A stretch of DNA of 58,503 nucleotides from Clostridia bacterium (GTDB taxonomy: Bacteria; Bacillota; Peptococcia; DRI-13; PHAD01): positions 1 to 58,503 of the forward strand of contig JAVEYA010000004.1 in the NCBI GenBank assembly GCA_034003745.1. Reading direction: 5' to 3'. Under the pieces are notes generated by a model that was given only the letters and a program-made list of their open reading frames with translations, searched no databases and was not told the DNA's origin. Made by a program: the position numbers and the translations under genes. Shown piece after piece: positions 58,091-58,503 of the stretch (position 1 is the stretch's first letter; each line of letters begins with the position of its first letter).

Positions 58091-58291
58091 TTATCTTATA
58101 CGCGGAGATTTAACTTGAACCTCATAATAATTATGACTGTTTGGAGGCTTAGCGACAAAATCAACACCATGGTCATCAACCTCTGAAGAATATACATCGA
58201 ATCCATATGAAGAAAACTCCATTTTTGCATAGTATTCTGCGTATCTTCCAAGTTGTAACTTCGACAGGCTTGACCATTTCATATTTGGCAC
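58091..58291 (-). CDS. Short ORF resembling the N-terminal part of a PD-(D/E)xK nuclease (probably truncated)
   Basis: 66 aa. D..GVDFV...YYEVQVKS fits a D...ExK nuclease core. The ORF stops right after the motif and abuts the 5S relic. Confidence 0.4.
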   Translation of the reverse strand: MPNMKWSSLSKLQLGRYAEYYAKMEFSSYGFDVYSSEVDDHGVDFVAKPPNSHNYYEVQVKSPRIR

Positions 58292-58360
58292 ATTTTTTCT
58301 CCTGATAAGAATTTTCTTACAGTATGACTTATAAATACAATAGTTGCAAGTATAATCAGC

Positions 58361-58414
58361 CCAGGAGAAAGAAAAGAGACCCGATTATTCATCGAGTCTC
58401 TTTCTTTCTCCTGG
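58361..58414 (-). terminator. Long hairpin terminator of the rRNA operon, overlapping the 5S 3' end
   Basis: ccaggagaaagaaaagagacccgat / tattc / atcgagtctctttctttctcctgg, about 24 bp with one bulge and one mismatch. Confidence 0.6.
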
Positions 58415-58503
58415 CAACGACATACTCTCCCAGGGCGCGAGCCCAAGTACCATCTGCGCGGAAGGGCTTAACTGCCGTGTTCGGGATGGGAACGGGTGGG
58501 ACC
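58410..58503 (-). rRNA. rrf: 5S ribosomal RNA, 3' portion (continues beyond the window)
   Basis: The reverse complement reads ...GGTCCCACCCGTTCCCATCCCGAACACGGCAGTTAAGCCCTTCCGCGCAGATGGTACTTGGGCTCGCGCCCTGGGAGAGTATGTCGTTGCCAGG, a typical bacterial 5S. Confidence 0.92.

Overview
58.5-kb chromosomal window that looks like an anaerobic, spore-forming Firmicute. The Clostridia-type content includes sigI-rsgI, SpoIID-like and BofC-like genes, a tungsten-type aldehyde:ferredoxin oxidoreductase and Gram-positive-type asd and dapA. I count about 55 protein genes, most on the minus strand. (1) nt 1-27,100 is a conserved housekeeping block: a 5'-truncated Fe-S/MCP chemoreceptor, trxA, a candidate 6S RNA, aspS-hisS, a hemZ-like radical SAM gene, an MBL hydrolase, dtd, relA, a giant recJ fusion, secDF, yajC-tgt-queA, a SpoIID-like gene, sigI-rsgI, queH and ruvCAB. 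(2) nt 27,200-55,000 is a chain of accessory metabolic modules. These are yebC-larA-lctP; an orphan histidine kinase; a GntR / Na-solute symporter / HcnABC-like flavo-iron-sulfur dehydrogenase locus with dapA embedded and asd following; AOR-ferredoxin-moeA-mobB; a cyclase with a GntR regulator; a TAXI-TRAP transporter with a LeuA/HMGL-family enzyme; and HAD / DUF1537 kinase / beta-hydroxyacid dehydrogenase. (3) nt 55,000-58,503 is a rearranged, decaying zone next to an rRNA operon. It holds a VOC gene and an internally deleted second copy of it bracketing a PadR-SEDS module, two gene fragments, a degenerate 5S relic, a family of related hairpins, and the partial true 5S rRNA at the window edge. 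The most notable items are a single 1208-codon RecJ-HIRAN-RecQ-like helicase ORF at the canonical recJ position, and the dapA-embedded flavoprotein/Fe-S operon next to asd. For the latter I see two readings: cyclic imino-acid catabolism, or an alternative dipicolinate-forming oxidase. I saw no CRISPR array, transposase, integrase or tRNA. All calls come from reading the supplied translations and the DNA by eye. No searches or folding programs were run, and start codons were chosen by hand from RBS context.
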